From Octopus bimaculoides (lineage: Eukaryota), in NCBI RefSeq assembly GCF_001194135.2, contig NC_068991.1:24726948-24764302 (forward strand): DNA of 37,355 bases, written 5' to 3'. The first letter of the stretch is position 1, and the number at the start of each line of letters is the position of its first letter. The notes beneath the pieces are model-generated. The model saw nothing but the letters and a program-made list of their open reading frames with translations, had not been told where the DNA came from and did not search any database. Shown piece after piece: positions 35,401-37,355 of this stretch. Made by a program: the position numbers and the translations under genes.

Positions 35401-36129
35401 ACTCACAGTATAGTCTTTGCTGTTATGTACTATTACATTGCAAAGTTTATCGTGTATGGATTCGGGTAAAAATTTGAGCAAGCAAGCCAGAGGCTCTCCC
35501 TTTGAAATGATAGGATAACTATCTTTGTAACTATTAATTACAATTAATTGATAGTTCTGTAGCAAAACATTATGAGGCATACTTTTTCGCCTGTGGTTTT
35601 GATGACAATCAGGACCATAGGCATACACTGATAGCGGCATGACAGTGTGATTGGGCATCCGATGATTATGCAGGGTGTGTGTGTGCGCTGTTATATACAA
35701 ATTCAAAGGACCAATTAGTTTAATAACATGGGAAAATGTTGACCAATTAAAGGGGCTTTTGATGTATAAATGACCAGTGCTAGAGTCCAATGAAAAATAG
35801 TCGAAGACTTCATAACTGTAGCGAGTTGGATCGATTTCATAGAACCAGTGAGGTCCGAGACTAGCGTTAAAGATTAGAAGTCCATTGGGATTAGGTATCC
35901 TGTAAGTTTTCGTTGGACTGGCAATGTTCATAGAACTGTCCGCGATGTTTTGGCAGATATTGAGTGTATAGGGCGAATCAGCAACAAACTCAGCAGTGAC
36001 TAGTCCGCTGACAGCAAACATGGACATGACAACGACAAAAAACACACAAGCACGAAAATGCGACAGACACGCACAACTCATGACCATTGTTAATATTATG
36101 TAGTTAACATTGAATTTCTTATTTTCCAT
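32421..36129 (-). CDS. CELSR: Large first coding exon of a CELSR/Flamingo/starry-night atypical cadherin (signal peptide, pro-region, EC1-EC8 and most of EC9); gene continues beyond the window
   Basis: Uninterrupted 1236-codon frame from ATG 36129 to a GTAAGT donor at 32420. Tandem cadherin repeats have DxD, LDRE and DxNDN motifs. The ninth repeat, DFTIIINNLLNYFPTGIIGRIPAYDPD...GNEGNLLDLNSSTG...LEVSVS, matches the recalled CELSR/Fmi EC9 pattern (DFQ(I/V)xFNN...FP(T/S)GxIGxIPAxDxD...MEVSVSDG). The non-canonical EC5/6 linker also fits CELSR. Confidence 0.92.
35215..35235 (-). other. Polybasic proprotein-convertase (furin-type) site RSRRRRR immediately before EC1
   Basis: Codons CGA AGT CGT CGT CGC AGA CGA, followed by ASRNRAPRF (start of EC1). 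Fits R-X-R/K-R. Confidence 0.8.
35992..36129 (-). other. Predicted signal peptide (MENKKF...CVFFVVVMSMFAVSGLVTA|EF); in-frame ATGs at 36129, 36087 and 36081
   Basis: Hydrophobic stretch CVFFVVVMSMFAV followed by small residues V-T-A at -3/-1. The true start ATG is uncertain. Confidence 0.7.
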
Positions 36130-36842
36130 TCTCTCTTTCAAGCCTTTTCTTCTCCTTTCTAAGTCGTGTCAAGGACTGTTTGAGTATTTAATGTGTATTC
36201 CTTTTCAAAATAATGCCTAAAATCCTTTCCGATCATATAGAAAAGAAGGAGAGCGAGGAGACGAGAGAAAAAGAAAAAAACCGGTAGCCACTTACCGTTG
36301 TAAAGTAGGCATACTATCCAGGTAAAAAGTAAATAACAGAGGGGTAAAAAACTGATCACTAGTTTCTTCCTTCCCTGCGTAATCGATGTAATATTATCGA
36401 TGATTCTGTAATAAAGAAATTGCTGTTAATCCATACTAGTCATCTTGGTTAGTTACTATCCAGTCACAATCAACAGAGGTGAACAGATTATTATATTGGA
36501 AGAAGACAAGAGGACACCATGAACAAATGTGTTGGGGAGTTTTATGTAAACGTTCACTAGGTAAGGAGTTTACATAAATGTGTAACGTTTGCTAGGTAAA
36601 ATCTCATGGCTTCAAACAACACCCAGTCGACTGAAATATTATTGTTGTAGTAGTAGTAAATCCTGTGTAGTTGTTGATGAAGCTGTTGATTGCTGATTTA
36701 GTAGTAATAGTTTGTTGTTGTTTTTTAATGCTTCCACGTTATCTATATCATCGGAAGAATTGTTTTACGATGCGATCAGTTCGGCTTGCAGTTCGCTGCG
36801 ACTAATCTCTCACTCACGTTTCGCTTTCTCTCTCCCTCTCTT

Positions 36843-36916
36843 TCTCTTTCTCGCTCCCTCACCCTGTTTAGTTTTCTCTTTCTCGCTCCCTCACCCTGTT
36901 TAGTTTTCTCTTTCTC
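36843..36916. repeat. Exact 32-bp tandem duplication (2.3 copies)
   Basis: tctctttctcgctccctcaccctgtttagttt at 36843-36874 and 36875-36906, partial copy at 36907-36916. Confidence 0.95.
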
Positions 36917-37052
36917 TTTAAGTTTATACTCCCTCTCATATTATCTCTATACATTTACACACACACACACAAACACTCTCTCTCTCTCTTTTCCACAATA
37001 TGAAAGGTGTCTCGCACTACTCCCCATTTTCTTTCCATTTCAATGTTTTTCT

Positions 37053-37325
37053 GGTTAATCTCTAGTTTAGAACCCGGTCACAAAAATGAAAATAGTGTAA
37101 TAGGTGTAAAATAATGTGTAGTAAACGATTATGAAAAAAAAAAATGCGCGCTGACGAACGGGGGTGGGTGGGGAGAAGACTCGGAAAATTCACATCGTGA
37201 ATTTGTGAATTTTCCGAATCTTCTCCACACTCTCCCGTTCGTCGGCGCAATTTTTTTTCATATTCGTTTACAACACGTTATTTTTTTTTCATTTTTGTGA
37301 CGAGGTCCTAAAGTAGAGATTAACC
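37053..37325. repeat. Long imperfect inverted repeat (fold-back): arms 37053-37194 and 37204-37325, 9-nt loop
   Basis: Left arm ggttaatctctagtttagaacccggtcacaaaaatgaaaa...ggagaagactcggaaaattcaca. Reverse complement of the right arm: ggttaatctctactttaggacctcgtcacaaaaatgaaaa...ggagaagattcggaaaattcaca. Confidence 0.95.
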
Positions 37326-37355
37326 TTTTCATATAATATATATACGTACCCATAT

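Noticed and set aside
35675-35688. (GT)5 run inside the exon as a frameshift switch
   Set aside because: Too short to be notably unstable; it encodes AHTHT in frame.
36130-36141. ORF-track start MKER at 36141
   Set aside because: The codon is TTG; the first in-frame ATG is at 36129.
32410-36141. Member of the expanded octopus protocadherin family, or Fat/Dachsous
   Set aside because: It has nine repeats, a long pro-region and the CELSR-type EC9 sequence; protocadherin exons have 6-7 ECs followed by a transmembrane segment.
1-37355. CRISPR array, rRNA, operon or prokaryotic system
   Set aside because: No regularly spaced repeat-spacer array or rRNA-like sequence; the window is spliceosomal-intron-containing animal DNA.

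Overview
AT-rich, repeat-dense eukaryotic DNA with 8 N gaps. The SINE, MITE and microsatellite landscape suggests an octopus (coleoid cephalopod) draft assembly; this is an inference. The only supportable host gene is on the minus strand: one 3,709-nt coding exon (32421-36129) of a CELSR/Flamingo (starry night) adhesion-GPCR cadherin. It encodes a signal peptide, a ~250-aa Cys-containing pro-region, a polybasic furin-type site, eight complete cadherin repeats and most of EC9, and it ends at a GTAAGT donor. Bases 1-32420 are most simply one intron of at least 32 kb. It contains at least five families of short interspersed repeats, a TTAA-flanked piggyBac-type MITE family, decayed Tigger/pogo and hAT-Buster transposases, a probable L1/Tx1 ORF2 fragment and many microsatellites. 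The most unusual unexplained structure is a 273-bp imperfect fold-back (37053-37325) about 0.9-1.2 kb upstream of the start codon. I could not demonstrate a genuinely new biological system from sequence alone; the findings are leads. Protein family assignments come from recalled motifs, not database searches, and repeat boundaries are approximate.
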